A DNA stretch of 61,896 bases from Acidobacteria bacterium 13_1_20CM_2_55_15 (GTDB taxonomy: Bacteria > Acidobacteriota > Terriglobia > 20CM-2-55-15). Positions 37,579 through 46,168 of the stretch are shown here, piece after piece. Location: positions 1 to 61,896 of the forward strand of contig MNKP01000097.1 of NCBI GenBank assembly GCA_001920875.1. The letters are read 5' to 3'. The notes under the pieces were generated by a model. It searched no databases, was not told the origin of the DNA, and worked only from the letters and a program-made list of their open reading frames with translations. A program made the translations under genes and the position numbers. The first letter of the stretch is position 1. Each line of letters begins with the position of its first letter.

Positions 37579-38109
37579 TCAATCCTTCGCCTTCACCAAC
37601 CACACTGTGACGAAGATCCCAAGGATCAGCTGAATCCCATCGAAGACCGTGTATGTGACGTGCAGGAGGCCGAAGGTTCGGAGGTTGGCGGGCGGCGGAT
37701 CGCGCGGGACGAAGTCGATGGAACGGCCGACAGATACTATGAATGGCGTGATCAAAGCTGTAAGGAACAATGCGATCGCGAGCATTCCAAGAATGCCCCA
37801 TTTCGGCTTGGTCGCGGCCGGGAGTTTGATCACAAACCACAACGCAACAACTCCGACGGCAAGTTGGGCCACATTCCAATATTGAAAATAGAGTCGATTC
37901 AGCTCCGACGATAAGTATCGCAGCAGTTCGCGTGTTGCGTCGTGGCCGAGCTTCTCGACATCAGCTGCGAATGCGGGATTCGGCTTCGCTTCGAGTAAGC
38001 GGTCGATCGTGAAAAAATTTTCCGTCGCGACGACGGCAACCGTGAACGTGCCGGCGAGCCAAACCGCCACGCAGAAAATCGCCCAGGACCGTGCGGTTCC
38101 AATTTGCAA
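37579..38109 (-). CDS. Hypothetical integral membrane protein (possibly DUF4149-like)
   Basis: 176 aa with four hydrophobic segments. Starts 2 nt after the upstream HEAT-repeat gene. Family assignment is uncertain. Confidence 0.5.
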   Translation of the reverse strand: MQIGTARSWAIFCVAVWLAGTFTVAVVATENFFTIDRLLEAKPNPAFAADVEKLGHDATRELLRYLSSELNRLYFQYWNVAQLAVGVVALWFVIKLPAATKPKWGILGMLAIALFLTALITPFIVSVGRSIDFVPRDPPPANLRTFGLLHVTYTVFDGIQLILGIFVTVWLVKAKD

Positions 38110-38110
38110 T

Positions 38111-38833
38111 TCACTTTCTCCGGACGAATCCCTTCGCTGTGAGGTGAAATCCTTCAGGCAGCGTTTCCTCGATTTTGGGCCTGAAGCCCTTCACCGGCCA
38201 CTCGCGATCTGCGAGCATTTCCGCAATCCTGATTCGAATTCGGGGGCGGTCGTTGGCCGCCAGGAACGCTTCCAGCAGCGGTTCGCGACCCTGCTCGCCG
38301 GCTTCGGAAATGGCCTCGATGGCGGAAATCCGGACATCATCGTCGTCGTCCGTCAGGAACTGGCGCAGCACATTCGCAATTTCGGGTGTGACGTGACCAC
38401 GCATAGCGCGGATCAAATCAGCTTTGTGTTCCGGTGGTGTGAAGTCGCTTGCGGCAGCAACCTTTTCGAGTATCTCCACTAACTTCGGAACCAATTCCTG
38501 ATGTGGGAGGATTTCGGACAAAGCCTGCACGGGCCATTCGACATTGTGGTGGCTGCTGAGAAACCGTAGGATCGGCTCAACCGCGTCATTGCCCTTTTCG
38601 ACGAGCATCCGGACAACCATCCGCTTCTCTTCGATATCCTGGGTGATGACATTGCTCGAAATGGTGAACCGCTTCAACAACGCGTATAAAGATTCCGGTG
38701 TGCCCCACTCTGCCAGTTTTTCTGCGGCTTCGATTCGTGGAGAATTTTCCCCTCCGGGTTCCGTCAGGCGTTTCACCAGCTTCTCAATCTGTTTCTGCGA
38801 CGGAGCCGAGCCTCGTTTTAGAAAATCGAACAT
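38111..38833 (-). CDS. HEAT-repeat protein
   Basis: Repeated helical units with D..VR..A..AL-type periodicity (DDDDVRISAIEAISEAG, NDRPRIRIRIAEML). ATG 38833 preferred. The track's GTG 38866 start lies inside repeat family F1 sequence. Confidence 0.55.
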   Translation of the reverse strand: MFDFLKRGSAPSQKQIEKLVKRLTEPGGENSPRIEAAEKLAEWGTPESLYALLKRFTISSNVITQDIEEKRMVVRMLVEKGNDAVEPILRFLSSHHNVEWPVQALSEILPHQELVPKLVEILEKVAAASDFTPPEHKADLIRAMRGHVTPEIANVLRQFLTDDDDDVRISAIEAISEAGEQGREPLLEAFLAANDRPRIRIRIAEMLADREWPVKGFRPKIEETLPEGFHLTAKGFVRRK

Positions 38834-38839
38834 AAAAAG

Positions 38840-38905
38840 CCCGTCACAAAGAGACACAACAGACACAAATTTGTCTTCACTTGTGCCTTTTTGTGGCTAC
38901 TTCCC
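38840..38905. repeat. Repeat family F1 copy (intact right arm GTGCCTTTTTGTGGCTACTTCCC, degenerate left arm)
   Basis: Read directly. The stop codon of the M23 gene (38897-38899) lies inside the right arm. Confidence 0.6.
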
Positions 38906-39736
38906 TATTTCCACCAGGGTAAAGGGATCCACCCTCGCACCCTGCACCCGCATTCCCCAATGGAGATGCGGCCCAGTAACCCGTCCCGTCGCGCCCGCCA
39001 ACCCAAGGAGCTGTCCATTCGAAACCACGTCGCCGCGCTTCACATCGATTCGCGAAAGGTGGGCATAGAGGGAATACACGCCCAAACCGTGATCGAGAAT
39101 GACGGTGTTCCCCGTGAAGAAAAGAGCCTTCGCCAAGACCACGCGTCCGCGATTCGTCGCATGGATGGGTGTTCCCGTACTTGCGTGCAGATCGGCGCCC
39201 GCGTGTGGCGCCCGCGGTTGTCCGTTGAAAATGCGGCGGTGACCGAAGTTTGTCCCGGTTTCACCAGGAATTGGAACACTGAAGGGCTCATTCCAGAACA
39301 TCTCCGGGCTGATGAGTGAGAAAATGGCCTCGGTCTCCTTCGCCTCGCGGTTTGCCCGGGCGAGGTCTGGCTTGCTGAGCTCTACGTATTTGTCATCGAC
39401 CTTGAGCTCGGTCGTGGGATATTTCTTCGGTTCAACTTCAATCACCGCCTCACGTTTTTCGATTCGCCCATCATTCAGTGTAAAGAACACGGGCGTGACG
39501 TGTTGCCCGGGTTTCGCGTCGAGGTCCACGCCAAGAACCGTTGTCCAGCGGTCTTGGACGTGAAACGCCGGCACCTTCTTGTTCTCCCAGGCGATCTCGA
39601 TGGATTTCACCTCAGGCTCGTCCGGAAACGTCACTTGTACGGCGCTCCCTTGATTCGCGGAAAAGATCAGCGATAGCAACAGGACGATCACGTGTTGACC
39701 CCTAAAATCAACCACAAAGAAGCACAAAGGTCGCAA
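38897..39736 (-). CDS. M23-family (LytM/lysostaphin-like) metallopeptidase
   Basis: HAGADLHASTGTPIHA, ILDHGLGVYSLYAHLS and GATGRVTGPHLHWG are the M23 zinc-ligand blocks. The TTG start and first ~10 codons lie in an F1 repeat copy. Confidence 0.85.
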   Translation of the reverse strand: MRPLCFFVVDFRGQHVIVLLLSLIFSANQGSAVQVTFPDEPEVKSIEIAWENKKVPAFHVQDRWTTVLGVDLDAKPGQHVTPVFFTLNDGRIEKREAVIEVEPKKYPTTELKVDDKYVELSKPDLARANREAKETEAIFSLISPEMFWNEPFSVPIPGETGTNFGHRRIFNGQPRAPHAGADLHASTGTPIHATNRGRVVLAKALFFTGNTVILDHGLGVYSLYAHLSRIDVKRGDVVSNGQLLGLAGATGRVTGPHLHWGMRVQGARVDPFTLVEIGK

Positions 39737-39783
39737 AGGGCATTTCGATCTCTTGTGTCTTTGTGCCTTTTTGTGGCCATTTC
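39711..39783. repeat. Repeat family F1 copy (ACCACAAAGAAGCACAAAGG ... TTGTGCCTTTTTGTGGCCATTTC)
   Basis: Read directly, between the PmbA stop and the M23 start, overlapping both. Confidence 0.75.
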
Positions 39784-41117
39784 TATCTGGTTGAACTCGT
39801 AAATCTAAACTTTGCCAGTTTCACGGCCGGAACGCTAACGGCGCCGCCGAATCCTGATCGAAGCACGCGCGTCGTTTCTCCAATGGCTTCCGTATATTTC
39901 AATCCTTCAACGTAGGACTGCGTAAAACGCAGCGACTTGATTGGGTGCGCGATTTCACCGTTACGTATAACAAAGGTACCATCCCGCGTCATACCAGTGA
40001 CGACGGCATCGCGAGGATGCACGGTCCGGGTATACCAGAATCGCGTGATATATAAGCCGAACTTGGTGGTTTTGATCATCGTTTCCAATGACGTCGATCC
40101 AGGTCTCAGAAACAGATTCATCGGCGCAGGACCGAACCGGCCTTGCGGAGATGGCGGCGTGGCATGCCCGGTCGACTGTTTTCGATCTTCACGTCCTGCC
40201 GTGAATGAATCATAAACGGGGGACAGCGCGACGCCGGAGGCAACGATCGGCACAACCTTTTTGGGTAAACCCTCGAAATCAAAAGGGCACGGTATACCGG
40301 CGATGTTGGTGCCGTCATCAACGATGTTTACGCTGTCGGCCATGATGCGTTCGCCAATCCGGCCATTCATCCATGAGCGTCCTTCCTGCACGGCCAGAGC
40401 GCCCATGCCGTCATATGCCAGCATTTCGAGAAGGTCGGCTGTTGCGTAGGGTTCCAGGACAACGCTATATTCACCGGGCTCGAAATCGACGGGATCGGCT
40501 CCCATTCTCACTTTTGAAATCGCCTCATCGGCAAGCGCTTCCGCTTCGATAGCGGCTAATTGCCAGCCCGTACGCTGAGCCCATCCGGACGAATTCTGAC
40601 CCATGATGACGGTCGATTCGTCCGCCAACGTCAGCCGGTGCTCCGCAAAAACGCCCTTGGAATTGGCGACCCCGACATTTAATGAGGAAGTTGTCATGGA
40701 TCCAGCCGCAGCACATCCTGCATCCGCCGCTTTCCGGCAGATAATTCCTACGCGGGCCGCGCGTTGTTCGGGCGTACATTCGGCAACTGCGCTGTCGAAT
40801 GATTCGACTGGAGTAATCACCTGCGGCTGAGGTAAACCTTTGAATTCGGGATTCGAGGGTTGCAGCTTCGCAACGTCGCCGGCGCGAATCGCCAATTCGC
40901 GGAGACTTTCCGGCCTGAGATCGTTCGAAATGGCAATGCCGATTTTTGTTTCGATGACCGACCGGACGGTAATCTGAACGTTTCTCTCGGTCACGTTTTG
41001 ATGGATGCAGTTATTCGCAAAGCGAGTGAGGCTTTCGTTTTGCTCGAAGCCAAGAACTTCGGTTTCGTCCGCGGACGAAGCACTCATTACCAGGTCGGAG
41101 ATTTGCCTGAAGTTCAT
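39783..41117 (-). CDS. pmbA: PmbA/TldE-type metalloprotease subunit
   Basis: 444 aa TldD/PmbA fold lacking HExxxH. The C-terminal GLYITRFWYTR...VTGMTRDGTF.I.NGEI block is family-typical. 4-nt overlap with tldD. Confidence 0.85.
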   Translation of the reverse strand: MNFRQISDLVMSASSADETEVLGFEQNESLTRFANNCIHQNVTERNVQITVRSVIETKIGIAISNDLRPESLRELAIRAGDVAKLQPSNPEFKGLPQPQVITPVESFDSAVAECTPEQRAARVGIICRKAADAGCAAAGSMTTSSLNVGVANSKGVFAEHRLTLADESTVIMGQNSSGWAQRTGWQLAAIEAEALADEAISKVRMGADPVDFEPGEYSVVLEPYATADLLEMLAYDGMGALAVQEGRSWMNGRIGERIMADSVNIVDDGTNIAGIPCPFDFEGLPKKVVPIVASGVALSPVYDSFTAGREDRKQSTGHATPPSPQGRFGPAPMNLFLRPGSTSLETMIKTTKFGLYITRFWYTRTVHPRDAVVTGMTRDGTFVIRNGEIAHPIKSLRFTQSYVEGLKYTEAIGETTRVLRSGFGGAVSVPAVKLAKFRFTSSTR

Positions 41118-42553
41118 CGGAATACCCCAACCTTCACATTGCGGAAACGCGCGGGGGATGCGCCATGTCCGGTGCCCATGGTTTGCATTGGTTCTCCTTT
41201 ACCACAATTGGGCGTTCCCCAGAGCCGCCAGTGGCGGCTATTTCCGATTGCGTCACAAGATTTCCAGAAGTCGGGTGTGATTCCCGCATACGTACAGTTC
41301 TTCAGCAAGCGGACGCGCTTGCCGCCTTTGATCTCGTGTCCGATCTCGGTGCCGAACTGAAAATTCAGGCGCATGTCGTCGATACTCCACGATCGATTCG
41401 TTTCCATGAAAATACCGTCGTCGGTATCCGCGATCATATCGTCCAGTTCCCATGTGCCAGGTTCAAGCGACACGTTCGTCATACGAATCAAAGGTAACCG
41501 GTTCCAACCGTCGGCTCGCATGCAACCGTTGCTCTCCAGAGCAAGCTTCGACGCAGTTTCCCGTGACATCAGATAACCGACGAACTCCCCCTCTCGGACA
41601 AGTGGCGTACTCGACGCGGGCACTCCTTCATCGTCCCATCCAAATGTGCCGAGTCCCGTGGGCCGAACGCTCTCAGCCGTCATATTGACGATGTCGGACC
41701 CGTACCGAAAATTGTTGCGCTTCTCGAGGGTTAAGAAACTACGTCCCGCGAAGGCCGCTTCGGTGCCGAAGACACGGTCCAGTTCAGTTGGATGGCCACA
41801 CGATTCGTGGATTTGAAGTGCGAGTTGGGAACTGTCGAGAACGAGCGTCGTGTCTTTGCTCGGACATACATCGGCCGCGAGTAATGCCACGGCCTCGGCG
41901 GCGACACGTTCGGCGTTCCCAACCAGGTCGGCATTGATGACGTACTCCCAGCCGCCGGTGCCTTGATAGCGGAAAGAATTCGGATGGGAGCGAGTCTGCA
42001 CCTCGATGTCGCTGACAGCTGTTGCCGCAACCGCGCCACCGCTCTCATAAAGTATCTGTTGGACGAAGGCGCCTTCCGTATTCGAAAAGAACTTGTGATT
42101 GCGTATCGCGATGACATTGGCTTCGGAAACCCTCACGCCAGAATTCCGACGAAGGATTTCGTCAGCGCGGAAAAGCAGATCGAGTTTTTGTTCCAGAGAG
42201 ATGGAAAACGGATCGACTTCGATCGGAGTTGTGTATTGTCCGGTGCTCCGAACAGGACTCCCCAGATCCACGGGTGGGCCCGGAACCATGGCGCTGGCCA
42301 TCGCAATCTGAACCGCGAGAGTTGCGACACGCTCGATTTCGGCCTTTGCGACATAGGCGCTGGAAGCAAATCCCCAGGAATTGCCGACGAGAACGCGAAT
42401 GCCGAATCCCTGGCTGTATTGATCACCGATACCATCAACGTTTCCATTTTTCACACTGACGACCTGCTGCCGATGATCGATGATGCGGATGTCCGCGTAC
42501 CGTGCGCCTTTTGCCGTGGCGACGTTCAGAGCGTGTGAAGTGAAGTCCTTCAT
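41114..42553 (-). CDS. tldD: TldD metalloprotease subunit
   Basis: 479 aa. HESCGHPTELD (HExxxH-type zinc site characteristic of TldD) and GSRHWRLWGTPNCGKG. Confidence 0.9.
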   Translation of the reverse strand: MKDFTSHALNVATAKGARYADIRIIDHRQQVVSVKNGNVDGIGDQYSQGFGIRVLVGNSWGFASSAYVAKAEIERVATLAVQIAMASAMVPGPPVDLGSPVRSTGQYTTPIEVDPFSISLEQKLDLLFRADEILRRNSGVRVSEANVIAIRNHKFFSNTEGAFVQQILYESGGAVAATAVSDIEVQTRSHPNSFRYQGTGGWEYVINADLVGNAERVAAEAVALLAADVCPSKDTTLVLDSSQLALQIHESCGHPTELDRVFGTEAAFAGRSFLTLEKRNNFRYGSDIVNMTAESVRPTGLGTFGWDDEGVPASSTPLVREGEFVGYLMSRETASKLALESNGCMRADGWNRLPLIRMTNVSLEPGTWELDDMIADTDDGIFMETNRSWSIDDMRLNFQFGTEIGHEIKGGKRVRLLKNCTYAGITPDFWKSCDAIGNSRHWRLWGTPNCGKGEPMQTMGTGHGASPARFRNVKVGVFR

Positions 42554-42562
42554 TTTCTCATT

Positions 42563-43963
42563 CTAGTTGATCTCGAACGTCTGACGATACGCCGGGATTT
42601 CAACGCCCCACCCCTTGTGTGAAACAACAATGTGATCTTTCATTGCTGCGGCGGCCACAGGTTCTCCATGCACAAGAAATGTCGTTCGCGGAGCGCGCTT
42701 GAAACCGGCCAACCAGCGAAGAATTTCCCTGTAATCTCCATGGGCCGAGAAACTGTCGATCACATGAACCGATGCGCGAACCGGATAGTCCACGCCGAAG
42801 ATCCGAATTTGCCGTGCGCCTTCGGAAATCAGCCTGCCCCGCGTGCCAAACGCCTGGAATCCGACGAACACGACCGAATTCCGCTCGTCCGGCAAGCGCT
42901 GCATCAAGTGATGAAGAATGCGCCCGCCCGTTGCCATTCCATTAGCAGAGATAATAATGGAGGGAAAACGATGCTCATTGATCGCTTTGGATTCTTCCAC
43001 ACTTCTGGCGAAGTGAACCCGCTGTGTATAGAGCGGATTCCCTCCATCCTTTTCTAATTGAGCCATCTCGAGATCGTGCTCCTCGACGTGCCTGCGGAAG
43101 ATATCCACCGCATCCACTGCCATCGGGCTATCGACGTAGACCGGCAGAATTGGAATTTTGTTTTCAACTTCGAGCTCACGCAGAATATAGAGCAGCTCTT
43201 GCGCACGCCCGATCGCGAATGACGGAATCAAAACCGTGCCGCCTCGTTCTGCTGTGGACACGACAACGTCGCGAAGTTGATCTTTGCCGCTCGTTCCTTC
43301 GTTGCCGGCGTGAAGGCGGTTCCCATACGTGGACTCCAAAATCAAGTAATCCGCAGCATCGACCGATGCGGGATCGAAAATAATCGGCTGGCCGTATCGG
43401 CCGATATCACCGGTAAAGAGCACCGTCTTCTGCGTTCCGCCGCTGCCTTCGCGAAATCGGACAAATGAGGAACCCAGAATGTGGCCCGCGTGCATCATGT
43501 CAAACCCGAGGCTGCTGGAGAGAGACACGACTTCTCCATATTTCACTGGCCGCATCAGCTCGAGCGAGGACATCGCATCGCTGACGGTGTATAGCGGCAA
43601 TGCCGGCTTGTGCTTTGTTAGGTGATGCTTGTTTCGATAGTTGGCTTCTTCTTCCTGAAGGTGTCCGGCATCGGGCAACAAAATTCGGGCCAGGTCAACA
43701 GTAGCGGATGTTGCGAAGACGGGACCTTTATAACCGTGCGCGACCAACCGCGGCAGATAACCGGTGTGATCGATGTGCGCGTGTGTGAGTACGACCGCGT
43801 CAATCGATTTTGGATCGACCGGCGGCGCTTCCCAGTTCCTCAGTCGCAGTTCTTTCGAACCTTGAAAAAGACCGCAATCAAGAAGAATCCGGCGGTCCTT
43901 CGTCTCGATCAGAAATTTGGAACCGGTAACAGTCTGAGTCGCGCCCAGAAAAGTAAGCTTCAT
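42563..43963 (-). CDS. MBL-fold beta-CASP family nuclease (RNA-specificity-domain type)
   Basis: LDCGLFQG, VVLTHAHIDHTGYLP (HxHxDH), ESTYGNR, and C-terminal SAHGDYREIL and FLVHGEP. Start set to ATG 43963 (MKLTFLGATQTVTGSK). Confidence 0.8.
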   Translation of the reverse strand: MKLTFLGATQTVTGSKFLIETKDRRILLDCGLFQGSKELRLRNWEAPPVDPKSIDAVVLTHAHIDHTGYLPRLVAHGYKGPVFATSATVDLARILLPDAGHLQEEEANYRNKHHLTKHKPALPLYTVSDAMSSLELMRPVKYGEVVSLSSSLGFDMMHAGHILGSSFVRFREGSGGTQKTVLFTGDIGRYGQPIIFDPASVDAADYLILESTYGNRLHAGNEGTSGKDQLRDVVVSTAERGGTVLIPSFAIGRAQELLYILRELEVENKIPILPVYVDSPMAVDAVDIFRRHVEEHDLEMAQLEKDGGNPLYTQRVHFARSVEESKAINEHRFPSIIISANGMATGGRILHHLMQRLPDERNSVVFVGFQAFGTRGRLISEGARQIRIFGVDYPVRASVHVIDSFSAHGDYREILRWLAGFKRAPRTTFLVHGEPVAAAAMKDHIVVSHKGWGVEIPAYRQTFEIN

Positions 43964-43980
43964 ACAATCAGTGCCGTACT

Positions 43981-44040
43981 GGATTACGTCGACTCCACGG
44001 GACGGTCTCGTGGAGTCGACATTATCCATAGCGGGACTTG
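43981..44040. repeat. Palindromic element family F5, copy 1 (core GTCGACTCCACG-n9-CGTGGAGTCGAC)
   Basis: Read directly. ~85% identical over ~60 bp to 44590-44650. The right arm supplies the last codons and stop of the DUF488 gene. Confidence 0.8.
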
Positions 44041-44564
44041 AAAAGGTTAGGATACGTGAGCGTCGTTCCTTCCGCCTTCACAAATTTGGTGAATGTGTGC
44101 TCCTCGATCTTTGTTGCAGTGAAGATGTGACCGACGCGATAGCCGCGAGCTAAGAGCGCATCCGATACGAGCTGGCGATGGCAACGCCAGAACACCGCTT
44201 CGGTACAGCAATAGACTGTGGTCTTTTCCTGCAGAAGCCGGATTAGTTCCTTGAGTGCTGCCTCGAATTCCTGTGTTTGCATGTAGTCCGCATAGCCGCG
44301 GAATGCATCATTTCTCCATGCCGCATTCAGAGCCGAATCCTTGCGCGGCTTGCGCAAACCGCCGAGAGCTTTCAAGTGAACATATTCGATTCCGGCTCGT
44401 GGAAGCGCCACCTGCAGATGTTCAAGATTGAATTGCGGTGTGTGCCTCGAGCCCGGCAGTGTGCGAATATCCGCAAGCCGCCCGATCTTGTAACCTGACA
44501 GAATCGCGATGGTCTCCTCCCATGTCCGGTTCGAGAAACCCATGGAATAAACGTCGAACTTCAT
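44022..44564 (-). CDS. DUF488 family protein
   Basis: VYSMGFSNRTWEETIAIL, LADIRTLPGSRHTPQFN, YVHLKALGG and YCCTEAVFWRCHR are typical DUF488 blocks. ATG 44564 (TTG 44567 in the track). Confidence 0.75.
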   Translation of the reverse strand: MKFDVYSMGFSNRTWEETIAILSGYKIGRLADIRTLPGSRHTPQFNLEHLQVALPRAGIEYVHLKALGGLRKPRKDSALNAAWRNDAFRGYADYMQTQEFEAALKELIRLLQEKTTVYCCTEAVFWRCHRQLVSDALLARGYRVGHIFTATKIEEHTFTKFVKAEGTTLTYPNLFKSRYG

Positions 44565-44578
44565 CAATGCCGCTTTTC

Positions 44579-44650
44579 AAGTCCCGCTGAGGGATGATGC
44601 TGACTCCACGGGACGGCCCCGCGGAGTCGACATCATCCTTAGCGGGACTT
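44579..44650. repeat. Palindromic element family F5, copy 2 (~72-bp imperfect palindrome)
   Basis: The left arm AAGTCCCGCTGAGGGATGATGCTGACTCCACGGG pairs with the right arm CCCGCGGAGTCGACATCATCCTTAGCGGGACTT. The right arm supplies the last codons and stop of the 49-aa gene. Confidence 0.85.
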
Positions 44651-44788
44651 ATAAAACTGAACCGCTCGTTCGTGCTTCTCTGCCGCTTCACGAGTCTTGA
44701 ACGTACCAAGATTTCGCCGTTTGCCTGTCTTGGGGTCCTTCTTGCGCGAATAAAGCCGAAACTCCCCGGATGCAAGTTTACGGATCAT
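44639..44788 (-). CDS. 49-aa basic protein with AP2-like beta-sheet/helix signature
   Basis: MIRKLASGEFRLYSRKKDPKTGKRRNLGTFKTREAAEKHERAVQFYKSR. The GK..LGTF.T.E.A pattern recalls AP2/integrase-type DNA-binding domains. Start set to ATG 44788 because the upstream SDR gene ends at 44818. Confidence 0.5.
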   Translation of the reverse strand: MIRKLASGEFRLYSRKKDPKTGKRRNLGTFKTREAAEKHERAVQFYKSR

Positions 44789-44817
44789 AAAAAACTCCGA
44801 TTCGTTTTCTCTTTTTA

Positions 44818-45651
44818 TTATCGCGCCAATTTCACAGACTCTTCCCACAGCCGTTTCGCCGCATCCTCGTCTTGCGCTTCTATCGACGAGGTTTTCGGGC
44901 GGCATTGATAGAAGTACTGGCCCGTCGTTCCGGCGACTTCTTTCGCGGATGCGAGAAATACCATGGTCTCGGCGCCTTTTTCGGGGGAGATGGCGAATTT
45001 CTTAGCAATCCGGAAGAGGAGGGATAGCGGTCCTTTGCTTTCGTCGCCAAAGCGGGTATTCACGAACCCGGGATGAAGGCAATTGACGGTGACGCCCGTG
45101 CCGCTCAACTGCCGCGCCAGTTCGCGCGTGAACAAAATATTGCATAGCTTCGAGCGTCCGTACGCGCGGAAGGCCTGGTAGCTACGGGATCCGTGCAGGT
45201 CGCCGAGGTCGATTTTCATCCCCCGGTGCGCTTCCGAAGACGTGTTGATCACACGAGCGGGAGCGGACGCGAGCAGACGCTCGCGCAATCGTTCGGTTAC
45301 TACAAAATACGACATGTGATTGGTGGCGAACGTACGCTCCAATCCTTCGCCGGTCAGTTCCCGTTTGCCGAATAACGCCCCAGCGTTATTGATCAAGACA
45401 TCGATCCGCCGTTCCGCGGCCGCAATTTCGTTCCCCACGCGCTTCATTTCCTTAACGAGCGAGAGGTCCGCGTAGTAGACGCGGTGATCAATTCCGGGCG
45501 CCGTCTCACGCAATCGCTTCAACGTTGCTTCTCCGCGAGTTCGATTGCGAGCGATGACGAGCATGCGCGCGCCCATGGCGGCCAGTTTCTCCGCAGCTAT
45601 CGCACCAATGCCCGACGTGGCTCCGGTAATAACCACAACCTTGTCCTGCAT
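44818..45651 (-). CDS. Short-chain dehydrogenase/reductase (SDR)
   Basis: VVITGATSGIGAIAA (TGxxxGxG), NNAG and YGRSK (YxxxK). Confidence 0.9.
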   Translation of the reverse strand: MQDKVVVITGATSGIGAIAAEKLAAMGARMLVIARNRTRGEATLKRLRETAPGIDHRVYYADLSLVKEMKRVGNEIAAAERRIDVLINNAGALFGKRELTGEGLERTFATNHMSYFVVTERLRERLLASAPARVINTSSEAHRGMKIDLGDLHGSRSYQAFRAYGRSKLCNILFTRELARQLSGTGVTVNCLHPGFVNTRFGDESKGPLSLLFRIAKKFAISPEKGAETMVFLASAKEVAGTTGQYFYQCRPKTSSIEAQDEDAAKRLWEESVKLAR

Positions 45652-45686
45652 ATGATCATTCTACTAATACTCACTCGATCGGTTCT

Positions 45687-46040
45687 TCAGCCCTCCCCTG
45701 CCCGTTGAGTGGAATCAACCGGCAGGGGGAGATGGCTGGATCTACGTGCAGATCCGTTTTGGCCGCTGTTGTCGCCCGGAACGATGGCACGAATGGACTC
45801 CGACAACGGTTTAACCGGAGTACGTATCGTGGTGACCGGCTGGAAACCACTCTTGAGGAACGTGGTCATATCATCCTTGCAATTGTGCTCGACATAATTG
45901 GCAAGTTGACGCAAGGACCTGGCAGCTTCCATCTAGAACTTGGAGCCTTGGAAACGCCGCAGGAAGCCTTCCATCTCCAATTCCAATCCGGAAAATGTGG
46001 AGGAAGTCGACGATGAAGCTTTGGTGGATCTCTTTATCAG
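45687..46040 (-). pseudogene. Possible remnant of a conserved hypothetical (fibronectin-III-associated N-terminal domain) gene, interrupted by an in-frame TAG
   Basis: The frame reads ...LELEMEGFLRRFQGSKF*MEAARSLRQLANYVEHNCKDDMTTFLKSGFQPV...PGDNSGQ. The LRQLA.YVE....D....L.SGF segment resembles a family I recall. It is truncated at both ends. Confidence 0.25.
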
Positions 46041-46131
46041 CACACTCATATCGTCCGAATGCACTAGATTTCTTGACAAATTTCAGCAATACAGACATAA
46101 CGTTTGCCGCGCACCAGCAACTGAAATCGCT

Positions 46132-46154
46132 CCCTCTCCCCTTTTGGGAGAGGG
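46132..46154. repeat. Palindrome CCCTCTCCC-ctttt-GGGAGAGGG (repeat family F2)
   Basis: Read directly, immediately upstream of the receptor N-terminal remnant. Confidence 0.7.
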
Positions 46155-46168
46155 CCGCGAAGGGTGTC

